The position numbers and the translations under genes were made by a program. A stretch of 57,929 nucleotides of DNA. Source: a virus. The notes under the pieces are model-generated. The model made no database searches. It saw only the letters and a list, made by a program, of their open reading frames with translations, and was not told the origin of the DNA. Below, piece after piece: positions 11,652 to 25,031 of this stretch (the first letter of the stretch is position 1; every line of letters starts with the position of its first letter). Where the stretch lies: the IMG/VR virus record IMGVR_UViG_3300045988_084596, positions 1-57,929 of that record. One strand, given 5' to 3'.

Positions 11652-14600
11652 TTACGCAAATTGGGCATAGATACCGTGCTAATTTTCTTTAGAAACATTT
11701 ACATTTAGACTTCCTCCAGTTATCCATATTCCGCCACCTTCTGTTCGTAGAGCTATGTTTCTAGAAGATTTTAAAATAATACTATGATCTCCTCGTTCAG
11801 TAAGAATACCAATATTCTCAGTAGGACCATAATCATCTTCTCCTTCAACATATCCTAAAGTTCCCAGCTTATTTCTCCAACGATTATCTAAAAATATATC
11901 TACTTGATTCGTCTAAACTAAACCATTATATAGTCTTGTGGCACCATTTTCCAATCCGCTTTCACTGATGATCCAGCCACCAATCTCACCATTATCACAA
12001 GTCAAAGTAGTTGCATTAATATCTCCGCTAATATCTACATTGTCTGATTCAAAATCATCACACACAATTCTACCATTTGAATATAGTGTAGTTCTTCCTC
12101 CAGAAATTCTATTTGAACTGATGATCCAGCCACCAATCTCACCATTATCTGCATAAATTGAACCATTAATCGTTGCATTTTTACACTACATTTCTCCAGA
12201 GCTAGTAACATAAAAGTAAGAAGATCCAGAGAAAACTGGTCTATCTGCCGTACTGCTAGAACTAGCTCCTGCCCAAAAACGATAAGTACCAGAGCTCGCT
12301 ATTCCAGTTCTATAATTATCACTAGTTAACTTATTAGAAGAAAGAATCCAACCTCCAATATTTCCCTATTTAGCAGTAATTAATCCGCCTTTAGAAACAG
12401 AAAATTTAGCACTTGATGCTGTAGCACTTCCTGCCCAAATAGCAAAATCATTATTATTAGTAGGAGTAGAAGTATTGGTTGGAGATTGGCTATTTAATTC
12501 AACTCTCGTTGAGCCAGAGCCGCTATATAGTCTATTGGTTTCAATAGTCCAACCATTAGATCCTGTTTTCGTTCCTCCAATTTTACCAGAAGAGGCGTAA
12601 ATAGTCCCTGAAACTTCTGCATTGGTTGCTTTTACAGTTCCATTATATTTTACTGTAAAAGCTCCTCCGCCAATCTTTATAGCTTCGGTAGATCCATCTG
12701 CTTTAAGATCAGCAAGAGTAATAGTCATTCCATTAGAGGCATCCCCGCCTTCTTCTGAAGAATTCCCTCCACCATAAATCTTCGCTGAAGTTCCATCAAT
12801 AATGATCTATCCTCCACCACTTTTAGCTCCAAAAAACGCTGTTCCATTTTCCATTAAACCAAAAGTATTAACTCCAGCTTTATAACCATATAAACCTATT
12901 TTATCTTGAACGCTATCTTTTCCCATAACTACACCAGTAAAACGATTAAAACTATCTTTCTCTCCTGCTCCAATCTATGGAGCTAAGATATACTAACCAT
13001 TTTCTTCATCAATTTGTAGCTATGTGCCATCCCATCCATTTATTAGCTCATTGCCATATGTATCAAGATATAAAATAACGGGATGGTAGATATATTTTCC
13101 TTCGTATTCACATTTTAATAAAGCAATACTATTATCTTCAAAAATAAAACTAGATGCAGGTTCAAGATAATAAAGATTATCTTTTTCTTCAACTGTTAAA
13201 ATTTCTTTTACAAGAGAAGAAATATTGCGACTATAATCCTAATTATTAACAATAAATTCAATGTTATTGCTATAAAAGGATGGATTAACACCAGACGCAG
13301 TATATTTAATATAAGAAGGAATAGAACTAATATCAATATTATTTAATTCATCATCACTAAAATTAACAGCAACATCAATAGGGTAATTACAGTAAATTTC
13401 ATAGGCTCTATTATTCTTATTGTCATTAATAGTTACCTAAACTTTTACATATCCGCCCGCGGGATTTGAGATCAACTATGTTGTACCACTTGCTATTTTG
13501 CGGTCATCATTTTCGCCTTCCCGCAATTCAATATTAACACCAGTCCATTTATAAGATAGGGTGTAATTACCATTATTATTGATTAATTCTCCATCTTTAT
13601 ATACATAGCATCTTATAGGTAATTCATTTACCCAAGATTCATCTCTATAAACTAATGGAGTTAATCCAGATAGTTTCAATCCAGTGTCAGGGTCAAATGG
13701 TCTAATAGCACTTACATACGTAGTACCGTTCGTACCCTAATCACCATCTTTTAAGAACAGAATTTCTTTTCGGAAAGAATATTCTTGCTCATCCATAGTA
13801 ATTATACGAACTAAGATAGTATTATTGTTAAAATTAACTTTATACTTCTACTTAATAGTATAATGTAAAATATTACTATTGTCAACCCAGAGGTTTTCAA
13901 TCATAGACTCGCTAGGATTATATCTTGAATTAGTAATATCTTTTCCATCTGGACCAATCCATTCTACTTTATAAGAAGTTCCTACACCATCTTTCCAAGT
14001 TAAAACAACTTGAAGAGTACGTTCTTTTTCAGCGTCTTCAATAGCTATATCTCCATTTGCATCATATCTGAATGTATCTTCTCCATTATAGGTGATTGTT
14101 ACATCTTCTTCAGAAGAGCTATTTGTGACAAGATGTTCTAATACAGAGATAATCTCGGTATGTTCTTTATTATAAACTCCACAAATAAAAGTGACAGAAG
14201 AGTACAATAACAAATTAGTAACTGTGATGGAATTTTGCTATAATCCAACTGCTGTATAGCTTCCATCTGGATAAAGCATATACCAATCTCCAATAAGAAC
14301 GGTGTTATCCGCATTGTTCTAAATTTGAATGATGATATCTTCTCCTACTGTTGTTTGTTTAAGCTAAAAATCATAGTTACTTGTTAAATTATATATCATT
14401 ACTTCCGCACTCAATGTTACGCTATCATTATATATAACCACTAATTTATACTACTTCTAATGTTTCACTTGCTCAGCCTTAAGTGTCATCGTATTGCTCT
14501 CGGACGCTGTGACGGGAGCCCATCCTACACCACCATTTTTATCGTAAGAATCGCTACCTAACAAAACACTTACATCTCGCTCAAACCACTTACATTTGCA

Positions 14601-15566
14601 AGTTTGTTCATCTATTATATTATCGCCCTAATAAATTAATCGACCAACTAAATCAAGAGAAGAGATCTCATTAGTAAATGAATTTCCTTGCGGGGTCGAA
14701 ATATCTAAATAATATAAATTATCTGTTAAATCTTTCTGTTCAACAAACTAAATCTCTATATCCTTTACAAAAATGTTAGGTACAGTTCTATTTTCTTTAT
14801 CTGTAACTACACCAGATTCCACATAACGATCATAGACAAAATTTTCTTCAAATAACTTAATCTATTTAAGTCCAGTTAAATAATTTTTTTGAGCCTTAAT
14901 AACCACAGATTGCGGGCTGTAGACCTAAAAGCGATAGGGGTCTCCATTAAAAGAACTTAAATCAAGCTTATAAGAAACTATATCTCCACTTTTTGTAAAG
15001 AACTATATATCTAAACCATAATTTCCTTTGGTGTGTTCACAATGGAAAGTGGTTAAGAAAGAGGCTTTTATTCTAATAAGCTCATTATTATTTGCATACT
15101 ATTGGAATAGTCCATGATATCCTTCTTCATTACCACTATAAATAATCTACTAACTTAAATCACTATCTGCTGGTGCGCCTGCTACGACGCCCCTTTCTGC
15201 ATCTTTGTCATAATCATACATTGTATCAAATGTTGGGCTTTTTTCTATTATTGAATTAGAAAGCGACAGCATCTCTCCATATGATAATGATTGTTCATTT
15301 GTCTTACAAACAATTCTTTTTCTTGCAGATAAATCATCCTGGGGAATAGTAACATATACAGTATCCCCTACTTTATACTGCTTTTTTACATCATCCGCAA
15401 AAGCAGAAACTATATTTCCAGAATATTTAACTTTATACTCTCCGCTATCAAGATTAACAATACTACTAATCTCTGCTGAAATAGTCTTATCATAAGTTAA
15501 TTTTGATAGTGCTTTATCAACTAGAATATCTATCGTCTAAAAGATAGATTCAGAAGCAGTATTCAT
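11652..15566 (-). CDS. very large tail protein (1304 aa): distal-tail-like N-terminal part fused to a fibre region with repeated G-x-I-G-G-W-I/T-I motifs
   Basis: RBS GAAAAAGGAGGATA before ATG at 15566. One frame carries ORFs 13848-14213, 13476-13679 and 12366-12728 and ends at TAA 11652-11654. My manual translation passes only TAG codons (about 50 of them). Repeats GNIGGWILSSNKL, NGEIGGWIISSNRIS, NGEIGGWIISESGL. Confidence 0.5.
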
Positions 15567-15617
15567 TATTTATCCTCCTTTTTCTCATAGGGATAATAGG
15601 GGAGGAAATCTCCCCTA

Positions 15618-18600
15618 TTATCCCTTTCTTCTATTTGCCCATTGAGTAGCATCATCAGCCAAACTACGAATAGCATCTTGAATTTCATCAGAAGATGTCG
15701 CATTTGGGAACTCAACTCGCTCAATATTTATATACGGTTCAACTGTGTTATCTGCTGGAGTAATCTAAGTATTAGATCCTAATCTTGATGCCATAAGATT
15801 AGAAATAGATAGTGCATTTCCATCAAGCGCTTTCTCTATAGAAGCTATAAAACTAGGTTCAAAAGCTCTTATAGCAGAAACCGCCGCGAGAATATTTTTC
15901 GTATCTTCTTGATTTAAAACTAACTCTTTTTCGTGCAAGAAAGCTAATTTAGCATTATCAAATTCTCCAGTATAACCTCCTGTATCAAATCCGCTTATTT
16001 GACTTTCTTTTAACCAGCCATATGCAGAATTATTAGACTATACATGAATCGGATATGGTCTGCCTTTAGCTATATTAGTTATTTTAACTTTCTTGCCGGG
16101 CCCACGTCTACCTGCTGGATCTGTGCCATAAGAATCATGATAATAAGTCCCACCAGTATAAATGACTTCGTCTCCTACTTCTGGGATTCCATTGCCACTT
16201 CCAGCTCCTCCACTGGAAGATCCGCTATTACTATTGCTAGAGTTATTATCAGAAGATTGATCTGAATTAGCGGGAGGTAAATCATCTTTATCTATTCCTC
16301 CAGCGCTTTCTATTGTATTTCCAGCTGCTCTAGCAGCCTCCTCAAGAGCCCTTATATATTCTCTAACTGATTCAGCCATGTCTAAATATTCTTGACTTAA
16401 ATCTTGAATAGTGCTTATCTATTCTAACATCTAAGTGACAGCTTTCGATCCTGCATCAGAACATAAATCAGTAGAAGTTGAAACATCGTCAATATAATCT
16501 TTTAAATCATCAAGGCTTGTTCCAGTCTAATCAGCCACTCCAGAGACAGTAGTTTGATAATCTTCCATTGCTTCACTTGCTTCGTCCATGGCTTTAGATA
16601 GAAAATCTTCAAAATTTCCAGCATTAGAAGTCATATTAGCAAGATCTTTTGCAAAAACATTATCAAATAAATCAATAAGTTTTGTATTACTTCCAACTAT
16701 ATCTTGAATCTATTCATTATCGGATAATAACAAATCAATAATACTAGAGCCAGAGTTAGCTATAATATCCTGAATTTCTTGACTTGTAATTCCAGTTAGA
16801 TCACTTACCTCATCTCCCGCAACAATAGCCATATCAATTAAGGCTTTATTACCGGCTTCGGTCATATCCTAAATAGCGATCTGTTTTTCGTTCTCTAGAT
16901 CCTTAACCTTCTGCGTATAATAAGAATAGATTTCTTGCGCGCGGGCAGATCTTTCCTCATCAGTCAAGGTCATATCAGAATAAATCTCTTTTATTTTATC
17001 CTGACATTCCTGCCAAGTAGAAATAATTTCTCCAGTAACATCTTCAACCTATTGTTTAGCTATATTATACCATTCATTCTCTGCATCAAGTAAATTCTAT
17101 TCCGCATCTGCTATCTAGCTCGCATCTGCGGTGTATTGATAATTCCAGTTACCTTGACTATCTCTTACTAATCTAAGCTGATTCTTTGCATTTTGAGCAT
17201 CTTCAAGAGCCATCTGGGCCTAAAGAACATTATACTTGGCTTCAAGAATTTCTAGATCATATTCAGATAGAGTATTATTCTCTCTACGAATGTCAATTTC
17301 TTCTTGTAACTATTTCAACTAATCTTTCATTTTAGAATTAGTGGCTTTATCAATATCCTATTGAAGTTTATTATACCAAGAAGATACTTCATATGCTTCA
17401 TTTACTTTATCTAAATATCTATCTTCTTGCTCAATGTAATGATCGAACTTGTCTTGTAGCAAATCTAAGCCAACTCCGCCAGAAACCGCCTATCCAAATT
17501 CATATACGGCTCTTTCAATAGCCTAAGTATACATTTCTTGTGCCGTTTCCATAGCGGCTTGCGCGGAACTTAACATCGCCTATTGAGCTTCATTATATTC
17601 TTCTAATAATGCATCTCGATTAGCTTTTAAACCATCATATGCTGGATCTGTTTCATCGCCATCTAATGCATCTAACGCACTCTAAGCTTCTAAAAGTTCC
17701 TATTTAATACCGTCATACCACTATTTATTTAACTGCGCATTTGCTATTTGAGCTTTCATTGTCTCTTCGCTTACTTTTTGGAGCTATTCAAATCCTTCTT
17801 CGGTTTTATATGTAACCCCCTAAAGTGTATACAATTCTTTTATAAGTCCAAGAATTGATTCATTATGATCAAGTTGATCAGTAAATTCAGCGAATCTTTC
17901 AGATGCAGCGTCTAATGCATCTGGCAACATTTCTTCAAGACCCTCTACCCAATCAAGTAGAACTTCTGCGGTAGAAATTATTTTACCCTATAAATCAGAT
18001 ATTTTACTTATAATTCCATCAATATTAGTCGCATCCGTTGCGTTAGCCAATTCTTCTTGATAACTTTTAAGCGTTTCTTCATAATCCTTGATTATTTTTA
18101 TATTTTCGTTCACACTATTTTCATCAATACGAGCGACTTCAATACCATGAGTTAATTCATCACCAAATGATTCTGCAATCTTTTTAGTTAATTCACGAAC
18201 AGCATCTTTAGCATCTTTTATTTCTATTACAACTTCAAGTTTATATTCAATCTAGCTCAATCTATTATCTGCAATATTTCTTTCTAACTCTTCCTATTCG
18301 TCCTTTACTTCTTGAATTTTGTCAAGAGTTTCTTCGTATTGGGCGAGAGCATCCTAACGAGCTTGGAATAATTCATCAGCAGCTTCCTTTTGTAACTGCC
18401 AACTATCATATTCTGCCTATCTAGCTTCCTATTCATCTTTGGTAAGATTACTGAAAGTAGCCAAGAAAGCATTATAATCTGCCAAGAAGTTGTTATTATA
18501 ATCATCTATTATAGATTGAAGAACAGCTTGATAACCTTCAATCTCCCCATTTTCATTAAAAGTAAGAGAATTACTAAACAATCCTTGAAGATCTGCCTAG

Positions 18601-21600
18601 TCTTTTTCAAGATAGGCTTCAGCTTCATTAAGTAGTTTGTTATAATTAGCTTGCTATTTCTCTAATTCTTGAAGTTCTCTCTAGTATGCTTGAAGTTTAT
18701 TAGCTCCATAAGCTCTATCTATATTATTTTCAATATCATCTAATAAATCGTTCTAATTCTCAATCTCACGAGTTATTTCATGGTATCTATCTTCAATATC
18801 CTTTAGAGTCTTTTCATCTTCTTCGTCATACTTAGTGCCTTCATTATCTCCGCCACTACCAGAATCATCTCTAATATTATCTGTCGCTATTCTATTTGGA
18901 TCTAGCGCCCCATTTGGATCAGAAGTAATTGGTTCTTGACCAAAATCAAAAATACCACCCTGGCCAAACCCAGTTTGAGTATTTTCTAGATAATTGCCGG
19001 CTTCTTTTAGTGCATTGGTAAAATTATCGACCGCTGTTCCGCCATGTCCAGTAATATTAAAACCTAATGAGGGAAGAGCAATACCAGATTTTCCTTCAGT
19101 TTCAAACCATTCTGCTAGATCAAATTTCCCTGGCTTAATATATGGCTAAAATTCTAAAGTATATTCAAAGTTATTAATAAGTTCTCCTAATGCTGATAAA
19201 ACTTGGCCAGCAGCCTAAGATACAGAATGAATGGTATTTCCACTTTCCGCCATAGTGGAATTAATAACAGCTCCAGCAATATTGGCATCAGTTGACATTG
19301 CCTACATTAAATCACTAGCACTAGTATTTAATCCATCTGCTAAAACTATACCCTAATCAAGAACTCCTTGTAAAATTCTCTTATAAGCCTCATTGTTTGT
19401 CTATTCCAGAGTTGTTAACTCTGCTCCCATAGAGGATACCATTTGCTAAAACTGAGCAGAAGTCGTATCAAAATTATTATCTACAGTAAAATCAATAGAA
19501 CCAAAATCATCTGCATAAGTTAATAAATAGTCATAGTTATCTACAAGCGTATTTACTAGCCCCATCATATTTTGAGCATCGCTTACTTGTTTTTCCCAAG
19601 TATTTAAATTAGTTATATCATCTATGGCTCTTTGATACTCTTCCGTAGATAATGTTGTTTGATCAACTCCTTCTTTTAATTCCCAGGTTCCGTCACTATT
19701 CTATCTAATATTTTTATTTAATTTAGACTAAGAAGTAATTAAAGCCTAAGTAGCTGCTATAGTTCCTTCATAGTAGTCATCCATATTAATAGAACCGGAT
19801 TTAAACTATTTATTTAAATCTATTAAACCATCCGCAATAGACCCAGTAGCTGCTACAAGTGTAGCTTCATATAAATCGGTTTCTTCAATATTATCATCTA
19901 TTTCTTCATTTAATCTATGAAAACCTGCATTAATTCCACTAATTCTTTCGTTGATAGTATTAAAATATTCAGCAGCACTTATAGTCCCATCCTGATATGC
20001 TTTAGCATTATCACTTAAGGCTTCAGTTCTCTCTTTAAATAATTCTATATCCTGCTCACTAGTAAAAGTATAATTATTTAATGCATCAGTTTCACTAGCT
20101 TTATTAACTAATGCATCCCACATGCTAATATAGTTCTAAAGATAATCTGTATTAACTCCATACTTCTCTTTTATTGACTCTATGGTAGCATCTAAAACTT
20201 GTTCTTCTTCTCTCTCAGAGTCTAATAAGGCTTGCAAAGATGAATTAGTAAGTTTATAAGCGTCTCCAACTTTTATAATATACTAGGCATAACTTTCATC
20301 CGCAGCTATTAACTCTTGAACTTGATCCATCGTTAAATAGCCTTCCTAATCTTTATAAGACTATAAAGCTGTTTCCAATGCCTCTTGGCGTTCATTTAAA
20401 GTATCTAAAAGTTCTTTTAATTCTTCTATACCATTAACTTTTACATTTATTTCATTAGCCTTATAATCATCTAAGAATGCCTATAATTCTTCTACCGTAT
20501 CAAAATTATCTATATTAACATCCATTAGGATTTCCCAATCCTCATTAGTTAAAGAATCAAAATCGAAGTCATTAAATTTATTTTCTACTTTTTCTTTAGT
20601 GTCATCCACTCTATTGTTGATAAAAGTTAAAAATTCATCAACGCTTATTCCAGCAAGCATTAATTCATTTTGAATAGACTAAGAAATTAAGCCTGCCGCA
20701 GCATCAATATCACTGTTAGATAATACAGAATATAATTGAGTAGAAGTCTATTTTATAACCTAATTATCTAACATAGGTTCTAAAATTGCTTGTTCATACT
20801 CGCCCTGACTACCATAAAGATTCTTTCTTATTTCAGCTAACTGCTCCTACATATTAGCTATTGTTGCAGAATCATATTCAATCGTTCCATCTACTATAGC
20901 CTAAATATAGGCAGCGTAATCGTCTTCTGCTTGCTAAATAGCTTCAGAATTTTCTGTAACCCACTGAGCGGTAATTTGCTTATTTTGCTCTAACCAGTCT
21001 TGATACTGGACTTCATAATCTCGATAAGCATCAGAAGTTTTATCTAATCCCTAAGTGATACTATTAAACCAAGTATCAGCATCTACATATTCATCTCTAT
21101 ATGTGTATTTATTCTAATCAAGGATTGCCTAGGCATTTGGATCATTTTCCAAATCCATACTCTACTCTAATTCTTTATACCAATCTTTATTACCATTATA
21201 TTCGTTCCAGCTTCTCCACTGCGTTAAATCTGGACCATTCGCCAAACTACCAGTAGATTTTTCATAATTTTCTTTAATGGTTTGTGCCTAAGCCTTTTGA
21301 GCTTCCTAAGCTAATTTTTCCTATAATTCAACCTATCTCTATAAAGAGGCTTCTGCCTACTCGAGTTTAGTTAATTCTTCCTATTCGACAACCGTAAGCG
21401 TATCTTGATTATTTAATTCTTCAATTCTGTCTTTAGTTGTCTATAATTCAGAATTTAAAGACTCTAAAGCAGATTTCTAATCTTCGTAAGCCTAAGTTAC
21501 ATCAGAAATTTTTTCTCTAGCTTCTTCTTCTGTTACAACAAAAGCAGAAACAATATTAACGAGAAGCGTAACTCCTAAAGTTATTAATCCAATAAGAGGT

Positions 21601-24323
21601 AATGCCGTTGAAATAGCTGCCCCCACTCCTGTAATACCTATAGCTGCGGTTTTAGCTGAAGCTCCAACCGTTAAATAAGATATTGCAGTTAAACTATTCT
21701 ATAAAGCGTTCTCCTTAAATAAAGTTGAAATAGCAGGCAGCAACATTCCTAAATTAGTAAGAATAATATTAAAATCCTCAAGAGTAAATTCTCCATCTTT
21801 AATGGAATCACTAAAAGTAGAAAATATAGAATTAATACTTGTTATTCCCATTGTAATCTAAGATAAAGAAGTACCAACTTTAACAAGAGTCTCTGCCCAA
21901 TCTAAAGAAGCATATCTATTATTTTTTAACCCTTGAGTTATCTAATCCATTTCCTACTTTAATCTAGCGAGACCCTGTTCAAATGCCTAGCTACTAATTT
22001 CATTATTTTTAAACGCAGCAACTAATCCACTCAGATCATTCTTAAATCTAATTGAACCGTCTCCTAACGATCCAATAATTCTGGTTAAAGCAGTTACATC
22101 CTAAGCGGCCGTTCTAGTATCTGCGCTAAACTATCCCTATATAGAAAGATATTCTATTATCTCTTGATTCGTTGCATCCTGAGCGCCTTCAAAAAGATTT
22201 AAATTTCTAACTAAATCAATGGTACTCTAAGATATTTGATCTGTCCCAGATCCAACTAATCTCTATACTTCCTAAAATTTAGATAAATTTATACTTGCAT
22301 CTTTTAATTTAGAAATTAAAGCCTATAAAGCATCCTAATTTGACTTTAGCTAATCATTATAAAGAATTCCTTCTTCTACGTCTCCATATAAAGAAAAATT
22401 TTTCTCATCCTCTTTAACTAAGCCTTCTAATAATTTATTTCTCCAATTACTATTAGGGCCTAAATGGTCAGATAGACTATTAGTATAAGAAGCAATTAAA
22501 CTATCAGATTCGGTGACCTACTATCCAATTAAATTTACCTAAGTCTATAAAGTTTTTACTCTATCCAAATCTTGCTACAGAAGCCCAGCCTGACGCTCTG
22601 ATAACTATGTAGCAGCTGCCGCTGACTCACCCTAAAGACGCACAATCTCCGCCTAAGTGCCAACCATCTTCCCCTATATAGTATCTTCAAGAGTAGATTT
22701 TGCAATTATATCTGCCATCGCCGCAGCCTAATTTCTTAAATCTTGCGCACGATCTTTTTCTCTTTTTCCAATAATTCCCAAGTTAGCAGCTATATCTCTC
22801 ATGCCCTAAGCTATTTTATCTCCAAAAGCTTTATTCATCAATAAAGCCGTAGTCACTAAAACACCTGACATTCCACCTAATCCATCTATAATATCAGCCG
22901 TTACAGTTAAAATAGGAGTAAGAATATTATCAACGGTAATATAAAAGTCCGAATTTATTAAACTATCATAAATATCTTCCGCGGAAGCTCTTACTCTATC
23001 TCTTGCAGCTTCCCAAGATTCAGCGTAAATATCCGCCTACTCCTAAAGAGATCCTTCTGCCCCATAAGCACTAGCTAAATTCTCCTAAAAGAAATCCCAA
23101 TTATCCATAAGAGCAATAAGACGAGTATACTAACGAGCTCCAGCTACGGTCTAAGCTAAAGCAATTTGCTAGTCATTAGATAAAGTCTCCCACTTTGTTC
23201 CTAATTCTTCAAGTAGAGTATCCATTTCTTTAATCTATCCATTAGTATCAAAAATATCAATACCCACTTTTTCAAGAGCTTTAGAATATTTATTTAATGT
23301 AGTACCATCATCAAGTGTTTCACCTAAATTTAAACCCTAAATACGGGCAAAGATAGTTCTAAAAGCTGTACCTACTGTATTAGCAGATTCACGAGTAGTT
23401 GCAGTAACAGTAGCAAGAGCAGATGCAGCATATTCATAACTCAATCCAACTGTATCTGCAACAGCGGCAAACTATTGAATACCCTCTGAGATTTCATCAG
23501 AGCTAGATGCTGTATCGGCACCTAAACGCACCATTACGTCAGCATAATATTCAAGACTCTTACTTCCATCATAGAAGTTATTCCAAACTGCGGTTAACTG
23601 ATCCGAAGCTGTCTATGCACTAACTCCCGCGGCATTAGCCATTTTAATAGTTGTTTCAGTTCTATCTAGAACTTCCTACTCAGTAAGACCTTGCTGATAA
23701 TAGATTAAAGCAGCATCAGTATAATCAACCGTAGTTGTACTTAACGCTTTAGCTGCCTCATTTGCCTATTTAGCAAACTTAGCCATATCTTCTGAGGAAT
23801 TTTCAGTAACTATACGAATATTTGTTAATGATTCATTTAAATCTTGTGCGTATCCATAGGCTGTTTCTAAAGAGCCAATAAATCCCTATAACGCACTCGC
23901 TGTGATCTACCATCGAACAGTATTCTTCATTGTAATCCATAAATCAGACATTAGCTTATTTGTTCTAATTAATGGAGTTTCCGCAGCCATAATAGATTGA
24001 GAAAGATTTAAAAATGTTTCCTATCCTTTAATACCTAACTTACTAAGCTAATTATAATAATCTGTTAAAGTTTTTCCACTCTTTGCCAAACTATCATTAA
24101 ACATTATAAGATCTAGTTTACCAGAAGAACTATTTGTAGCCATCTAAAGATTTCGTCCCAATTCAAGAGCTGCTAAAGAAGCCTCTCTTAATTCTTTGGA
24201 AATAGATGACTAACTACCTAGTTTCTATAAACTATTTATAATTTCATTAATAGAAACTTTTAATTGACTTGTATCTGCGTCAAAACCAACAGAATACTTT
24301 ATCCTTCTATTGTTACTGGCCAC
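15618..24323 (-). CDS. tape measure protein, ~2901 aa, extremely TAG-rich
   Basis: GTG at 24323 after AAAGGAGGAAAAGGAT. N-terminus VASNNRRIKYSVGFDADTSQLKVSINEII. The same frame contains ORF 19806-20123 and C-terminal ORF 16038-16379, which bears the conserved TMP C-terminal motif GGYTGEFDNAKLAFLHEKELVLNQEDTKNIL. TAA at 15618-15620. Across 8.7 kb only two segments of 60 or more codons are free of stops, so in-frame TAGs are dense. Lies between the chaperone gene and the tail tip genes. Confidence 0.6.
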
Positions 24324-24339
24324 AATCCTTTTCCTCCTT

Positions 24340-24395
24340 TATCACTATAAAAAAATAAGGCTCTTGAGAATTATATCTCAAGAGCCTTTTAATTC
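24340..24395 (-). terminator. intrinsic terminator-like hairpin between the chaperone gene and the tape measure start
   Basis: On the minus strand: GGCTCTTGAGA tataatt TCTCAAGAGCC followed by TTATTTTTTTAT, then the tape measure RBS. Confidence 0.5.
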
Positions 24396-24426
24396 TCTAT
24401 CTAATTTGTAAATTATATTAGATTTA

Positions 24427-24966
24427 TTAATCTTTTCCAACCACATCTTTAATTACCGATAAAGCCTCAAGATTCTCACCATTTTTAATTTTATTCAACA
24501 TATCGGTAATATATGTATCTAATCCAGAAGCATTTTTATTCATCATTTGGATAATGCCTGCGGCAGAGCTATTATATCTTGCTATATCGCTTAGAGTATC
24601 TTTAACTAAATCTTCAATAAAAGACAATTCATCTACTGGAATAGCACTTCTAACTGCATCAATAACACCATTAGTCTCTAGTGTATCGTAAGTTTTTGCA
24701 ATATTTTCATGCACATCTTCTTGCTCAAAAACGATTCCACCATACCACCTGCAAATAGCAATAGCAAAATAAGTTTCTACTCTCACCGGACTAAAACATC
24801 CAGTCATCTCATCTATCGCTAAATCTGCGACAAAAGTAATAAGATTTGTTTTATCTGTAATCGGGAGATAATTAACCACAGACAAAATCTTATCTTCTCC
24901 AATTTTTACTTCTGTATATTTAATTTTAGGCTCCAAACCCAAATCTTTAAAAGTAATTTCACTCAT
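24427..24966 (-). CDS. tail assembly chaperone (gpG-like position), 179 aa, TAG-free
   Basis: RBS AAAGGAG before ATG. Acidic protein immediately upstream of the tape measure gene and downstream of a consensus promoter. Confidence 0.5.
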   Translation of the reverse strand: MSEITFKDLGLEPKIKYTEVKIGEDKILSVVNYLPITDKTNLITFVADLAIDEMTGCFSPVRVETYFAIAICRWYGGIVFEQEDVHENIAKTYDTLETNGVIDAVRSAIPVDELSFIEDLVKDTLSDIARYNSSAAGIIQMMNKNASGLDTYITDMLNKIKNGENLEALSVIKDVVGKD

Positions 24967-24998
24967 TGTAAAAACTCCTTTATCTCATTTATATTTTT

Positions 24999-25027
24999 AT
25001 TATACTAGAAAAATTAACTATTGTCAA
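24999..25027 (-). promoter_or_regulatory. consensus sigma70-type promoter driving the chaperone and tape measure genes
   Basis: Minus strand TTGACA-atagttaatttttctag(17)-TATAAT. Confidence 0.55.
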
Positions 25028-25031
25028 GTTT

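Noticed and set aside
18305-18505. 66-aa minus-strand ORF inside the tape measure region
   Set aside because: It is in a different frame from the tape measure frame defined by 24323, 19806-20123 and 16038-16379. The sequence is hydrophobic and low-complexity.
24427-24500. Expected -1 programmed frameshift fusing the tail chaperone to a T-extension, as in lambda G/GT
   Set aside because: The chaperone ends on TAA. It is followed by a hairpin and T-run and then a separate RBS and GTG for the tape measure gene. I found no slippery heptamer or overlapping frame, so I report it as absent or unconfirmed rather than present.
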